From: Paragordius varius
Taxonomy: Eukaryota; Animalia; Nematomorpha
Length of the DNA stretch: 64,000 nt
Assembly (NCBI GenBank): GCA_964247055.1
Contig: OZ176053.1
Span: 434,001 to 498,000, forward strand
Reading direction: 5' to 3'
Position numbers and translations under genes: made by a program. A model generated the notes under the pieces. It was not told where the DNA came from. It saw only the letters and a list, made by a program, of their open reading frames with translations, and searched no databases. Below are positions 27,301 through 40,849 of this stretch, piece after piece; positions within the stretch are counted from its first letter, which is position 1, and every line of letters starts with the position of its first letter.

Positions 27301-30300
27301 TATTGTTTCAGAGTACCGCAATAGATGTAATTGGAATTGGTTTAGAAAATGGTCGCATTATTTTACACAACATTAAATCGGATGTGACACTTTTTAGCTT
27401 TCATCAAGCCTGGGGTCCAGTCCATTTTTTGTCATTTAGATCTGGTCTAACTTTAATTTTATTTAATATATGAATTAATTTTAAAATTTCTTGTTATAAA
27501 AAACCATATTTGGCGCTTAAGATCATCCTTGATTTTGAATTTTTCTTTCAAAAAAATTTATTTATTGTAGGGTTTTATAGATTAGTAGGATAAAAATCTG
27601 GCTCTGTTAAAGGGAATAATATTTAACTTTTAACAAATTAACTTAGCTCTTAAATATTACCTATTTAATTCCGCAAATTGTGTATATGAAACTGTTATTA
27701 AAATGAAGGAAAAAATTATTAAGAAGTACAATCAAAAATCTGCCTTCATAAAATGGCTTAATCATGAGAATAATGGCATAGTTTTCCATGTATATAGTGA
27801 AATTTATAAGGATAAGGTGCCTAACATATTTAGTTAAAAGTAATTAAAGTTTTTTTTATAGAGAGTGAACTAACTCCAGTTTATAATACCACTTGGATGC
27901 TTTATGTCTTTTATTGAATCAAAACAATCATACATCGTTGCTAAATAGAGTGTTTTCTGAAAGAAATTAAAGAGTTGATGTTCTTATATTTACACACATA
28001 TTAAACATTTAATTGTTGAAAAAAATGGTTTAATTTGTATTTTAATCAAATTTTTTTCAACTTTCTACATTACACCCACGTCGAATCTGTATAATATTTA
28101 CAAAACCTAAAGACACCACAAAATATATATATAATTCAACTTTTTATATATATTTATATAATTTGATATATAAGTTTAATTTAAAATAAATTCTCCCTTA
28201 TATTTTGCATATAACAGATAATGTATGTCACTTGGTTAGTGCATCCAGAAACGATTTTGAATCCAAATGCGCCATCTGGGATTTGAAAGAACGCACGTTA
28301 GTTACCACATTTTCTCACAATCTCAATAATTTCAATAATAAATCCAAAACTATAACAGGCAAAAATATGCAAAAATATATGCAGAGATGCCATTTATATA
28401 ACATAAAAAATGTTGAGGAACATGTGTTTCAAACTTTGAATGGTGTAGCATATATACCTCATAAACCTTTACTTATTACTGGATCGGATTCGTTTACCTT
28501 TCATGGTTTAAAGTGTTGGCGTTTTGACGATAATCCCAACAATTTTGTTAGCTCTAATGTAAGTTTTTTTTTGTTTTTTACAATTTATAAATTGAAACTA
28601 TACTCTGGTCAAAACATAAAAATATAAAGACAAATATTTTTAAGAAACAATTCCATACTTTTACTAACTTGAATTTATCCTATAAAAATTGTTAAAATGC
28701 AATTGAATGTGTCGGTTTAGATATCTATAATATACTTTAGAACAATAAGTTGTATTTTATTAAATTTAGAATTTAAAGTATGGTGTCTTTTAGAAAAATA
28801 ACATATGTCTTTATATTTTTACCTTTTTTCCATATAATTTCAATATTTACTGTACATTATATACGATATATGTGTTGAACGTGAAATGCATCGATAAATC
28901 CATAATTTTTGTTTTAAAAGCAACCATATTTTATACATTAGATTGGCAAAAAAATTCATAGTATTATGGTGTTAAGTTATAACTTTATATATTATTCAGT
29001 AAATTTTACAAATCTAACATAAGTTTAGCTAAAAAAAGTCCATATTTCTTTCATATTTAGGATGCTATGGATATAATTTTTATTTATTTGTGATATATAC
29101 CATTTACAGTTCGAATTCACCCTTGAACAATTCGAATTCACCCTAAAAAACAATTATGTGTTTTTGAACCAATATAATTTATTATTAATATGAAATATAT
29201 CTTTATGGCATAGTTTTTTATTTTTTCAATATTATTTTAATTTAAAAAATTTTATTTTCTAAAAATATATTAAAATATAGGTGATTTTTAATTTAAAAAA
29301 AACACATAATTTATTTGAGGGTAAATTCGAATTGTTCTAGGGTGAATTTGAATTGTAAATGATATATAATGTATATTATAGAAGTAAAAAAAGGTGAGAA
29401 TAAAGATTAATTATTATAGATTCAAAAGTTTACAGCTGGTTAAACGAACGATCCGTATATTAGAGAATGCGTAATTTATTTTTGACTACGAAACCCAGAA
29501 TTTTTTTCTTAACCATGTTTAATAATTTAAACTTAAATTATATTCTATGACTTTTTTAATAGGCATTAATATCCAATGTAATTGTCTAAAAAACCAATAT
29601 TTTACACATTTTTTAAGGTTTTTTTCCTTACTTTTATATATTTGTTATAATTATATATATAATTTTCAACAACCCATTGTTTTCCAATGAAAAATTTGAC
29701 ATATAAGATATGGTAAAAATACCCTTTTACATATATTTTAGAATTCTTATGGATTAGGTTTACCTTTATTACTTTACGTTCGTGAAGGTCATAGTCAACC
29801 AATTAACCAGATTAAATTTTACAAACAAAAGTTAGATAATAATAATGCTACGTTAGAATGCGAAAATATGGAAAATAGTTTGATTATCAGTTCAGGTTTT
29901 TCCATATATATAATAAAAAGTTTTGAAATTTTTAGTTTTTGTTAAAATGATGTGTAAAAGTTAGTAAAATTGAATAAAAGTAAATATATATATATATATA
30001 TATATATAAATTATATGGACAAAATGTTAAAATAAAGGGAATTTTTCTGAAAAATTACTATTATTTTTTTATAACCCTAAATTTTTTATATAAATAATTA
30101 TTTAATTACAATCGTAAAATATATAATTGATTGTGTTATCACATTTTTAATTCATACTTTGCTATTTAAAACAATGAGTTTTATTCAAAAAAATTCAAGT
30201 TTAAAAAAGTATGGTTGTCTATTGAACAAGATAATTGTCTTTATATTTTTAATATTTACTGTATGTTTAATTTATACAGAAAAAAATTTAAAAAAAAGTT

Positions 30301-30865
30301 TAATAAAATTGAATGCATATATATATATATATATAAATAATATTTATATACCATTTAAAATTCAAATTCACCCTTAAACAAATTTACCCCAATTTAAATT
30401 CACCTTCGAATAATTTAAATTCACTCTCAAATAAATTATATGTTTTTTAAGACTAAAAATTACCTATATTTTTATATATTTTTAAAAAATAAAATTTTGT
30501 TTTAAATTAAAATATAATGCTGAAATAATAATAAACTATGGCATAAATATATATTTCATATTAATATTGAGTTATAAATTAGTTCGAAAACACACATAAT
30601 TTATTTTTAGGGTGAATTTGAATTGTTCGAGGGTGAATTTGAATTGTTCAAGGGTGAATTTGAATTGTTCAAGGGTGAATTTGAATCGTAAATAGTATAT
30701 ATATATATAAATATATATGGCATAAAAATATATTTTATATTAATATTGAGTTATATTAGTTTGAAAACACATAATTTATTTTTAGGGTTAATTTGAATTG
30801 TTCGAGGGTGAATTTGAATTGTTCGAGGGTGAATTTGAATTGTTCAAGGGTGAATTTGAATCGTA

Positions 30866-30902
<37 letters not shown>

Positions 30903-33900
30903 TATTAATATCGAGTTATATCAGTTCGAAAACACACATAATTTATTTTTAGGGTGAATTTTAACAACTGTAAATGGTATATATTTTTTTGCAATTTTAA
31001 AAGGTTATGATAATACACTTCGTATATTTTCTTGGGAGAATGCTGGAGTCTGCAAAAAATTTAAATTACCTGACCATATTGCACAACATGCCCTTGAATA
31101 TATGCGCCACCTATCTTCCCTGCTTTGTAAAAAACGTTTAAATGGGAAATCACTTAAAAATAATAAAAATAAAAATTATTATACGGAAAATAGTTTGGAT
31201 ATCGATTATAATTATTTCAAGCTTTTCCCTCATACGTTTGCCTTTGATTTTGGTGAGTTTTTATTTTTTATTTTCTAATTTATATGTTTAAGCCGGTTTT
31301 GAATGAAATTAATGATGTACTTGTTTAATTTAGCTTTGAAAAAATTATAAATAAATCATAATTCATTCTATATATTTAAATTAATATATAGTATTATCGT
31401 TTTTAAAAATTTCCCCCAAATATTTCAAATAATTTCAAGTTGTTCCCAAACATTTTTGCTTTTTAATGAGTTTTTTTTATATTTAAAATGTAATTATTAA
31501 AAGTTTATGTCAATTTATTCCCAAACATTCTTGCTTTTTAATGAGTTTTTTTTGTTTTTAACTGTTATACTCAAAGTGTATATTTTAATTGTGACTTTCT
31601 ATTTCAAAATTTTTTTTCAAATTAAATATTATGTGATTATAAATAGCTACCAATAAACGTACAAGATGGGATGATATTATAACGTTACACAATACTCTGA
31701 GGGGCCCTCTCACCTGGTCTTCATTGCGTTTAACTTCGATCCTTAATGAGAAATGCAATAATCGAGCAAACTCATCCGCTAAAAACTCTGAAGAAAACTT
31801 AAAACATTTACACTTTAAATGTACGGATAGAGTTATAAATGATTAAAATTATAAAGAATGTACGTAGGTAAAAATTAAAAGACAAATACTTTTTATGCTT
31901 TCCAAAAAAGAGGGCCATACTTGCATAAAAACTATCATTTTTGATTAATATAACTTGAATGCTTAAGATTTTGAAAAAAGGTGATTGGTTATTAATTTAC
32001 CCTATTTCTATTCTCATAAATACCCAAATCGATAGATTCAAATCCAAAAAAAAGGTTAAGGTTAAAAAGTACTGTCTCCTTTCGATACCAAAAAAAAGAT
32101 TTTTGTTTTTTAGTTTTTTTTACCCCAATATCTATTTTTTGTGTTAGATACTGACAATGAACTTGATAATTATATACCGCCTAATAGGGGTAATGTTTTA
32201 CCCCTGGTTCCAAGTATTATTAATCAAGAAAAAAATAAAACTCAAATCGTTCAAAAGAATGGTCAAAATATTGAATTTGATCCTCCTAACTATGGTGAAA
32301 TTTGCACAGTTTGTGCACTAAGTCCTTGTGGAAATTTTGCGTTCATTGGTTATGTTAATGGTAAGGTTTTATTAAATAGTTTTCAATAATTTTTACTAGT
32401 ATTTTTGGTAAAAACACATGGAATTCTTTAAGGAATCGATCGATTATCTTACAGTTATGAATACCGGATCAAAAAACGGATTTTTTTTACGTCAAACTAT
32501 TGTCTTCCATTAATGTGAAGTTGTATTAATGGTGAGCGGATATGGAAATTTTTTTCCATCAAAGCGTTTTTAAGGTGTCTTTTAGTGGTTTTGCTGTGCA
32601 AGACGAAGCATTCACGATTTGTAACAAAATTGTTTTTGCCAAGTTTTAATAGCTCATTTTCCGGTTTTTTGTCGATTTATATAAAGTAGTTTTTAGTTGG
32701 TAATTGTTAGCGATTATGTTATATATATCTATAATGTCACACGGGAATCGAAAAGTAAGTTTATAATTACAGATTACCGCTCTGGTCTCTTATAAAACAC
32801 AACATAGGGCATAGTTTTTTTTTGCAGAAGCGATTTAGCCTTATTGAAACGGCTTGGTAAGGTAATTGCCACGATTTTTCCGCTTTGGATTTACAAAATA
32901 AAGAAGACATTACTCATCACCTCTGTTCCATTTTCATAAATATAATTTCTTTTCGTGTGACATTGAGATAGGACACAAGTTATACTTTGTTTTCGAGTTG
33001 TTCTTGCAAATTATGTGGAATTCTTATGCCAAGTTTGTTGGACTTTTTCCCTATTACTCGTAGACATATACCATTTACAGGTCAAATTCACCCTTGAACA
33101 ATTTAAATTCACCCTTAAACAATCCAAATTCACTCTAAAAATAAATTATGTGTTTTCGAACTAATATAACTCATTATTAATGAGTTATATATCTTTATGG
33201 CATAGTTTATTATTTTTCCAGTATCATATTAATTTAAAACAAAATTTTTATTTTTTGAAAATATACAAAAATATTGGGTAATTTTTAATCTAAAAACATA
33301 TATTTTATTTGAGGGTGAATTTGAATTGTTTAAGGGTAAATTTGAATTGTTCAAGGGTGAATTTGAATTGTTCAGGGGGTAAATTTGAATTGTTCAGGGG
33401 TAAATTTGAATTGTTCAAGGGTGAATTTGAATTGTTTAAGGGTGAAATTGAATTATTCAAGGGTGAATTTGAATTGTTTAAGTGTGAAATTGAACTGTAA
33501 ATGGTATATTATTATTGAATGCAAACGGTAAGTTTTTTAACAGCCTTTTTTTCTGCTATGGGCATGTGTGCCCTAAATTTTCTTTTTCAGTCACACTAAA
33601 TTTGACATAACTACTAAATTATAGAAGTATAGCTTTTTTTTGGTAAACACATAACTTGTCTGTGTTTGTAGTTTAATATGTCAAATAATAGATGAATAAA
33701 ATGCAGTGCGATATTAAATTAATCATACTTTTGTTTTATAGTTAAACCGGTTATATATGAATACCTGTACTTTTTAAAATAAAAATGTTAAAAAAATTGG
33801 CCACACAAATATTAGTTTAGGTCTTTGCTCTTTTTAATTCATTTGATTTTGTTTTTAGTTTTGCGAAAAATTGCATTTTTTATTCAAACAAAGATGATTT

Positions 33901-36900
33901 AAAAATTTATTGTGTTTAGAAATTAGATATACCAGTTTTTTTTGTAAAAATTATCCAGGTAAAACATGGACACAAGGATTTTAGTTTTAATTTTCTTTTT
34001 CCTCAAATAATGGTTTTAAATAAAATGTTTGTAAAAATTTTGTATTTCAAACGCAAATTTAGTAATATTTTTTTATTTACATATTTTTGGCTCAAATTTT
34101 ATTTGTTTTTTCAAAAAACGAAAATTTAGATTTTTTTGTTTTAAATATTGTTTTCGATGTGATTTTATCCAAATTTTTACAATTAATTATGGATTATAAT
34201 TACGAAAAAGCAAACTAAGATTTTTTATTCAAAAAATTTAATAACTTTGATTCCGTTTTATCTTTTTATAATTTAAAGTTGAAAAATACAGTAAAAATTG
34301 AAATTATACGGACAAAACGTAAAAATATAAAGACATATTTTTATAAAAGACAATCATACTTTTAAAACTGTCTCATATAAACTATTAGGTGACAATCGTA
34401 ATATATAGAATTGATTGTGTTAGTAATATATATCTTTATTTAGTTGCCATTTACAATGAGTTATATTGAAATAAATCAAAATTTAAAAAAGTATGTTTGT
34501 CTTTCTTTCTATTTTTGTTAATTTATTGCATAATTTAAAGTTGAATAAATATATTTTCAATTTCCATATTATATTTTAAATTTTTTTCTGTTTTTAGGAC
34601 GCATCGATAAATACAATATGCAATCTGGCGTTTATCGTGGATCTTTCTATCTAAATCATATGTTCTCCCCATCATCATATGTATAAATTTATTTTTTATT
34701 GTATTTGTATATAATTACAGTTAAAATTGAGATTATACGGAAGGACAAAACGTAAAAATATAAAGACAAATATTTTTATTTAAAAGACAACAATCATACT
34801 TTTTAACCTTAATTTTTGTCATATAAGTTTAATTATAATTATAAAATATAGATTTGATTGTGTTGGTAATATATATATATATATATATATATATATTTCA
34901 CATTTTGACATTTTAAACAATGAGTTATATTGTATAAAAGCAAGATAAAAAATATGTTTGGTTTTAAAAAAACCTTTGTTTTTATATTTTTACGTTTTGT
35001 CCATAGTGTAATTTCAGTTTTTACTGTAATATTAAAAAACTTTCTGTTGTGTTTTCGCCTATAAAAACGTTAAACTTACTTGTTGATGGATATTGATTTA
35101 TTTGCGGAATAATTTATATTTTAATTAAAATTTTAGGGATATAAAACAAGAGTGGAAAGTTTTTAGTTTAAAAAGGAAATAATATATTACAAACTTGATT
35201 TTTTACATTAAATATACAGTTGTGCAAAATAAGGAATAACCATGTAAAATGGTAATTTACTCACATGTTGATATAGGTTAAAAATCGAGAGAGGAATAAA
35301 AAAAATATTTTTTGTGTTAATTTTTATTAAATTGATTTTTAATAAAAAGATATTTTTGATTTTTCTTAATATAACTAAGCCCCTTGTTTTGCGTTGCATA
35401 ATTCGAGGATTAGACATATAAATTGGTAATTGACTCAATTTTTTATGTTATTAAGATAGATAAATCATGATATCTTAAAAGTGTGGTTGTTTTATGGAAA
35501 AATATATATGCGTATTTTATTTCCACTTTTTGGCTGAATAATTTAAAAAATAATTTTTTATTGCTCATAGAAAACAACCACAAAATCTACCACCATCTTT
35601 AAACATGACAACAACCCTATGATGAAAAGAAGTCATTTTAACAATTATTACATCCATGCAGTTGATCAAATATCACTACTAAATTTGCCACATAAAAGCA
35701 ATAATTTTTCAAACAATAAAAAAAGCAAAGAGGGGACCCTTTGCAAACCTTTAGCTGTGATGGCTTTGTGCGTTGATAAATTATCTCGATACCTTATCTC
35801 AGCTCACAATGGATTTGATAATCCTACAGAGCTCAAGTCAAATAAGTCAACAAGAAGAATATTTCAACACCCTACAATACGCATTTGGAGTGTTAAACAC
35901 AAATATTTGCTTAAAACCTTAACCCTAAACCGGGGTAATTTAACCAATTTTTTTAGAGTGAATGTTTAAATGTTAGTGGTTTAAAAAAAATGTGTTATAT
36001 GATATAAGAATTATTGATTATTTCGGCATTTTTAGCTTAAAAGATGATGGTGGTCTAATGTTAGATTTTGTGGTAAAAAATTTTGGCAACACCTTAATAA
36101 TTCAGAGATATACATATAAACCTAAAACATTTAATTTACTATTTTTATCTATTTAATATATTGATTTATGCCTTTATTATTTATTTAAAAAACATTCTTT
36201 CTATACAACATTTTATCCTTAAATATCCATAGTTTTAATTAATATTATATATATATCTTTATATTATTAGCCTCAATCATTCCTAAACAAAAAATGAATC
36301 CAATTTTGATGCCAAATGGCAGAAAATCACAATCATCGCCTGTAGATTCAAGTTTTTATTGGCAATGTTTTGGTTATGACATGTCTTCCGATATGTTGGC
36401 TCTTGCTTGTATTATTACAAAAAAGCAAAATGCCGCAAAATCAAAAACATTAGCTTATAATATTGCCATTATAAATACTACACTTTGGTCTTTAAGGCTT
36501 GTAAGATTTTTCAAACAAGCTCATACCTCTCATATAACTGCCTTAGTTTTCAATAATTATACGGGTAACAATTGTCCAACACTCATGAGTACTTCCATGG
36601 ATAAAACGTTAAAAGTTTGGGATATCTTAGCTAATCAGTAATTATTATGATTAAACATTTTATTAAACATTTTATTAAACTTTATATGTTGAGACAAAAT
36701 AAGTTACAAAGTTTTCTTTGAGGCGTAGTTTACAGTTAAAACTGTCTCGTTTTTTATGAAGTTTTGGAAATTTAGACTTTATTCAGCTTTAGCAATATTA
36801 TAACTATAATTTTTAGTTGTAAATTACCGAAATAAGATGATATTTACAATAATAGACAATATTGTTTAAACAAGATAACCTCATTTTCATAACCTTGATT

Positions 36901-38883
36901 TGTAAATTAAACTAACTTATTAGCGTTTAAACAACAGAGAGATTTAAATTGTTATAGAAAAATTAAGATTATATACTATTTTTTAAGTTTAAAAAGTTGG
37001 CTACCTGTCTTCTAACTATTGCATACTAATTTTTTCCTTGTTTAGATTATTGCACGTTATGCAATTCGCCCAACCAATTGTAAGTTTTGATGTTTATGGT
37101 CCTATGCTGGCTACAGTAACATTCGGTCAAAATTATATTCAACTTTGGTCAAATACTACTTGTTATAACAATAATGCAACTTTTAATTTTACCAATCAAG
37201 CAAAAACTGTGGTGGAAAAAAATTTGGTTCAAAGCGAACAAAATTTCCCCGAGCATAGCTTACATTTTTCCGATAAAGCCCTTAATTATGCCCTTAGTCT
37301 TTTTTATTTGAATGTGATTCGAAGAAAAACGCAAAACAGCCATACATTTAATAATGGGTCAATTATTATACATCATCAACATCAATCAAATAACCGTTTT
37401 TATAAGGGAAACACAACCGCAAATGCTCTAGTTATCAACAGTGAAACTAAGAATAATGGAATCGTTTCGAAAATTAGTACGAACTTTTAATATACCACCC
37501 TTTATTTTGAATATTATAACATTTTTTTTATGTTTAAAAATGTGAATTATTATAGTAGTTTTTGACCTAAAATATTAAAGGGAATTTTAATAATGGTTGT
37601 GAATTTTATTAATGGTTTCTTAACTTTATCTAAAGGTTAAAACTTATTTCTCATTATACACATCTTATATTTCTTATACTTTTTTAATTATGTATCTACT
37701 CTTATATAGATATTTCAAATTTTGAATCATCCGATAATACCCATTCCCTTTCAAATTTACTCCAAAATTTTTACCATGTCTCCTCTAATGAAAATGAAAA
37801 CAATACAACAATCATCCAAATAAAAGACATTATAAATGTTTTAATAAACAAACTGTGTGTCCAACTGTCACCAAGCCAAATAGATTGTGAAATTCAATGG
37901 TTATCCCCTCAACTTCAAATTAGCATTTCAGAAATATCGCCAAATTCAACCAAGTAATGTTAATTTTAGTTTTTTTTGAAATTTTCATAACCTTAATTTC
38001 GATAGGGCGGGCATACATATGAATATGGTTAATTGTGAGTTATACCTTCTTTATATATCGGTTTAAATTTAATAAATCAATAACCTGAATTAAATATTAA
38101 GGTGACCTATTTTATATAAGGGTTCTTTATCCAATAATTTTTTTTCTTTATATCTTAATATTTTACAGTATCTTTTAAATTATAACTATAATTTTAGATT
38201 TATTCCACTGGTTGCTTTTTTGCAATTGATTAGTTTACCTGAAATGCCTTTTGATTTGGCTCAAACATTTTTGGGGTTGGTTATAAAGGTAAGTCATTTG
38301 TTTTTTTCGTTAAATATAATAAATATTATATCAATATATTTTTATATTTTGCTTTCATACATATATATCACTAATATACCATTACAAATCTTATTTATTT
38401 GAAACCTCCTTTAGTTTTTATTATAGTTTTTTTTTGTTACATAAAAAAATTGTTAGATATATTTAAATTTAATTTATATAAAATGAATATCGTGTCCTTT
38501 TTAAATATAAACATTTTCTTTGTTCGCCCATCCTTCTTCGCTAAAAAACTAAATTGTTGTTTTTATAATTTTTGTCAGTTTTTATACCTCAAAATTAATT
38601 TGCTACCCCAACATGGTAAGTTTATACAAAAATCAAGGTATCAATTATTGGTGTTTTTTCAATATTTACGTTTGGTATTTTTTATTTGACATTAATATGT
38701 ACCAATTTTTTATTATATTTTCAGCATCATTTCAGTGATATAACTGACACTTCTAGTCCCGAAACACTCAAAACAGTTTTCAATCAAACTTGTAAGACTG
38801 TGTCCGAAAAATGGAATGCTTTTGAAGATTTATCAATAAAATCACTTTCCCTTATTGATTCATTCAAGGGATTTACCATTTAA
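24383..38883 (+). CDS. WDR36: WD repeat protein 36 / Utp21 (SSU processome), 16 exons, about 1200 aa
   Basis: Exons 24383-24514, 24576-24893, 26504-26653, 27312-27444, 28218-28558, 29742-29895, 31004-31252, 31647-31820, 32148-32360, 34598-34680, 35571-35934, 36271-36637, 37046-37476, 37710-37953, 38198-38288, 38725-38883, all phase-consistent. Diagnostic peptides: HPHTYLNKILFGSQQGSLQLWNIKS, HNIKSDVTL..FHQAWGP, SPCGNFA, YNMQSG, LSPSQIDCEI, FDLAQTFL. Confidence 0.92.
24991..25262. mobile_element. Family B MITE
   Basis: TATACGGACAAAA ... TTTTGTTCGTATAATTTCAATACTG-TA. Confidence 0.75.
26181..26494. mobile_element. Family B MITE ending 9 nt before the WDR36 exon 3 start
   Basis: TA-CAGT ... ACTG-TA; both TIRs intact. 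Confidence 0.85.
28588..28852. mobile_element. Family B MITE
   Basis: Degenerate left TIR; right end ATTTACTG-TA. Confidence 0.7.
29100..29362. mobile_element. Family A foldback MITE
   Basis: TA-CCATTTACAG start and conserved core; short arms. Confidence 0.8.
30008..30261. mobile_element. Family B MITE following (TA)n
   Basis: ATTATATGGACAAAA ... TTTACTG-TA. Confidence 0.7.
30351..30977. mobile_element. Family A MITE with triplicated core and right arm
   Basis: One left arm followed by three successive core/right-arm units separated by (TA)n. Confidence 0.8.
32430..33050 (-). mobile_element. Second decayed mariner fragment (catalytic region) in WDR36 intron 9
   Basis: Fragments GDE*, FVNPKRK, NRFCKK, DQSG, KKPE and CTAKP, with frameshifts. 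It shares the sequence tgcagaagcgattt with the copy at 15.8-16.6 kb. Confidence 0.75.
33071..33504. mobile_element. Family A foldback MITE with expanded right arm (about nine 21-mers)
   Basis: TA-CCATTTAC ... GTAAATGG-TA; repeats at 33311-33500. Confidence 0.85.
34289..35026. mobile_element. Two family B MITEs flanking WDR36 exon 10 (34289 to about 34500 truncated; 34718-35026 complete)
   Basis: TA-CAGT starts at 34289 and 34718; ACTG-TA ends at 35026. Confidence 0.75.
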
Positions 38884-40849
38884 TAAATAAAATAATCAAA
38901 ATAATATTCACTTTTTCTGTTTGCAAGTATTTAGCAAGATTAAATATTTTTACTCAAAACAATAGAATAATTTTATTATTAAAGTGAAACATTAATAAAT
39001 CAAAAATTTGGAGGTATTTAAAAGGTTTCGCATTATTAAAAAAAGTTAAATTATGTTTCTGTCATATCACCATACTGCAATGTACCATAAAATACGGTTT
39101 CTCAAAATTGTGTTTAAATAAAATTTTTTCAACAATGGTTACATTTTTACAAAATAATTTTTTTGATGTCCAAATCTACCATATATTAAAATTATCGCGT
39201 AATCTCGAAATTTTGGCGTTTATATCCAAACTAGTTTGTTTTAAAGAAACTAAAATTTGAGATTTCCGATTCCCGCATCTAAAAGTGAAAATTTTATAAA
39301 GAATTCAAACATAGCATATTATATAAAATATGCATAAATTTTGCGATTTTTCGATAATATCCCCAAAGTACTCCAACTTTCTTAAATTACTTCGAAGGCT
39401 TAAAATTTTAAACAACAAACTACATTAATATTAAAAAATTATATTATCAAAAATATTTTCTTTATATATTAAGCTCTGGGATTGGAAGCCCCAAACACAT
39501 AAAATACCATAGGTAATAAGTGATTTTATAATGCAGGATTTTTAGTGATTTAGTAAATACTCTAGAAAAGTTTCTATTCAAAATTTTAAGAATATATTGA
39601 TAAAAAATTCCATACGCTTAAATTTATTTTACGAACCAAGGCAAATTTAAATATTTTTTATATTTGTATAAAAATGTGTGCCTTCTCTGATTCAGGTTCA
39701 TTATTTTAAAGAAAATTAAAATAAAAATTCTCATCTCACACAATTAGCCACCAAAATTAAATTTTTAGTTTGTTTTATATAGCTAAAATAATGGCAATCG
39801 AAAATGTAATATGGATAAATTATAAACTCATTAATTATGCTTGATGGTAATTTGAGAATATATTTTAAAATTATTTAATTTTAGTGTATTGAGTGCTTAA
39901 ATTTTTGTGTGTATACCATAAAAAACTGTAAAAAGAGGAACGCGCCAAAATATATGTAATAATATATCATTCTATTGAAATAATAAATGTGGCTTTAAGC
40001 AAAAAATATTTTTATACGACCTTAGGTCGAATAAAATTAATAAGTATAGAGAAATGATACTCTAAACGCGGCCCACGGGCCGCATGCAGCCTTAAAAGTA
40101 TTTAGCTCTGATTCCTCATTTATATGGCCCTATTTAAAGTATAAATATATGCATATGTCAAACAGCTATGCAATATTTGTCGGTATTATATGATACAGTA
40201 AAAGTTTATTTTAAATTTTAAAGCGCTTCTGTTTCCATCATGACTCAAAATAGTATAATGTACGTTTCAACAAAATTTGTTTAACCATTACTTATTAAAG
40301 GTTTTTAATATCCCAGAGCGATTAAAAATTGAATATCTTAAAAAGTTTGGGTATTAGCGGAATTTAAACATATGTCTTTAGTCTTTTAGGCACATTCAAA
40401 CAATATATTTTCAAAAAATTTAATATTGTAAAATTTTCATAAAAATGTAAAATTGTATATAATCCTCATCTCAAACTTTTTTGCCACCGTTTTTTTCAAT
40501 TTAATACAACAGGTATTGGATTTGTTATGGTTGAAAATGTAAATAATAACTCAAATAAGCTTTCAGGCTAAATAATATTTGCAAAAACTTGATATATTTT
40601 GATTTTTAAATCAGCTGTTTGTTGAATCTTGCTTTGGCGCTGTCCCAATTTTAGTATACAATTCACAAAACTGTAAACTAAGCCTTTTCAATAGAGAACA
40701 ATGTTATATTCCATGAGTATTATAGGTAGTTGATACTTATCTTTAAACTGATCCATAGTGAATTATTTAAACTTACTAGAAAAGCAAAATTTAAAATTTT
40801 TTTTAAGCGAAAACTCAGCAAAAAACAAATTTATGTTTATGAACTACAT

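Noticed and set aside
29436-29470. AG/GT-bounded open segment as a WDR36 exon
   Set aside because: Exon 5 joins 29742 in phase with good homology (LLLYVREGHS). Adding this segment breaks the phase.
33309-33500. 21-bp tandem repeats as a CRISPR array, and the ORFs 33309-33500 and 6347-6574 as repeat proteins
   Set aside because: The repeats are head-to-tail with no unique spacers and there are no cas genes. They are arms of the family A MITE, and the ORFs are translations of the 21-mer.
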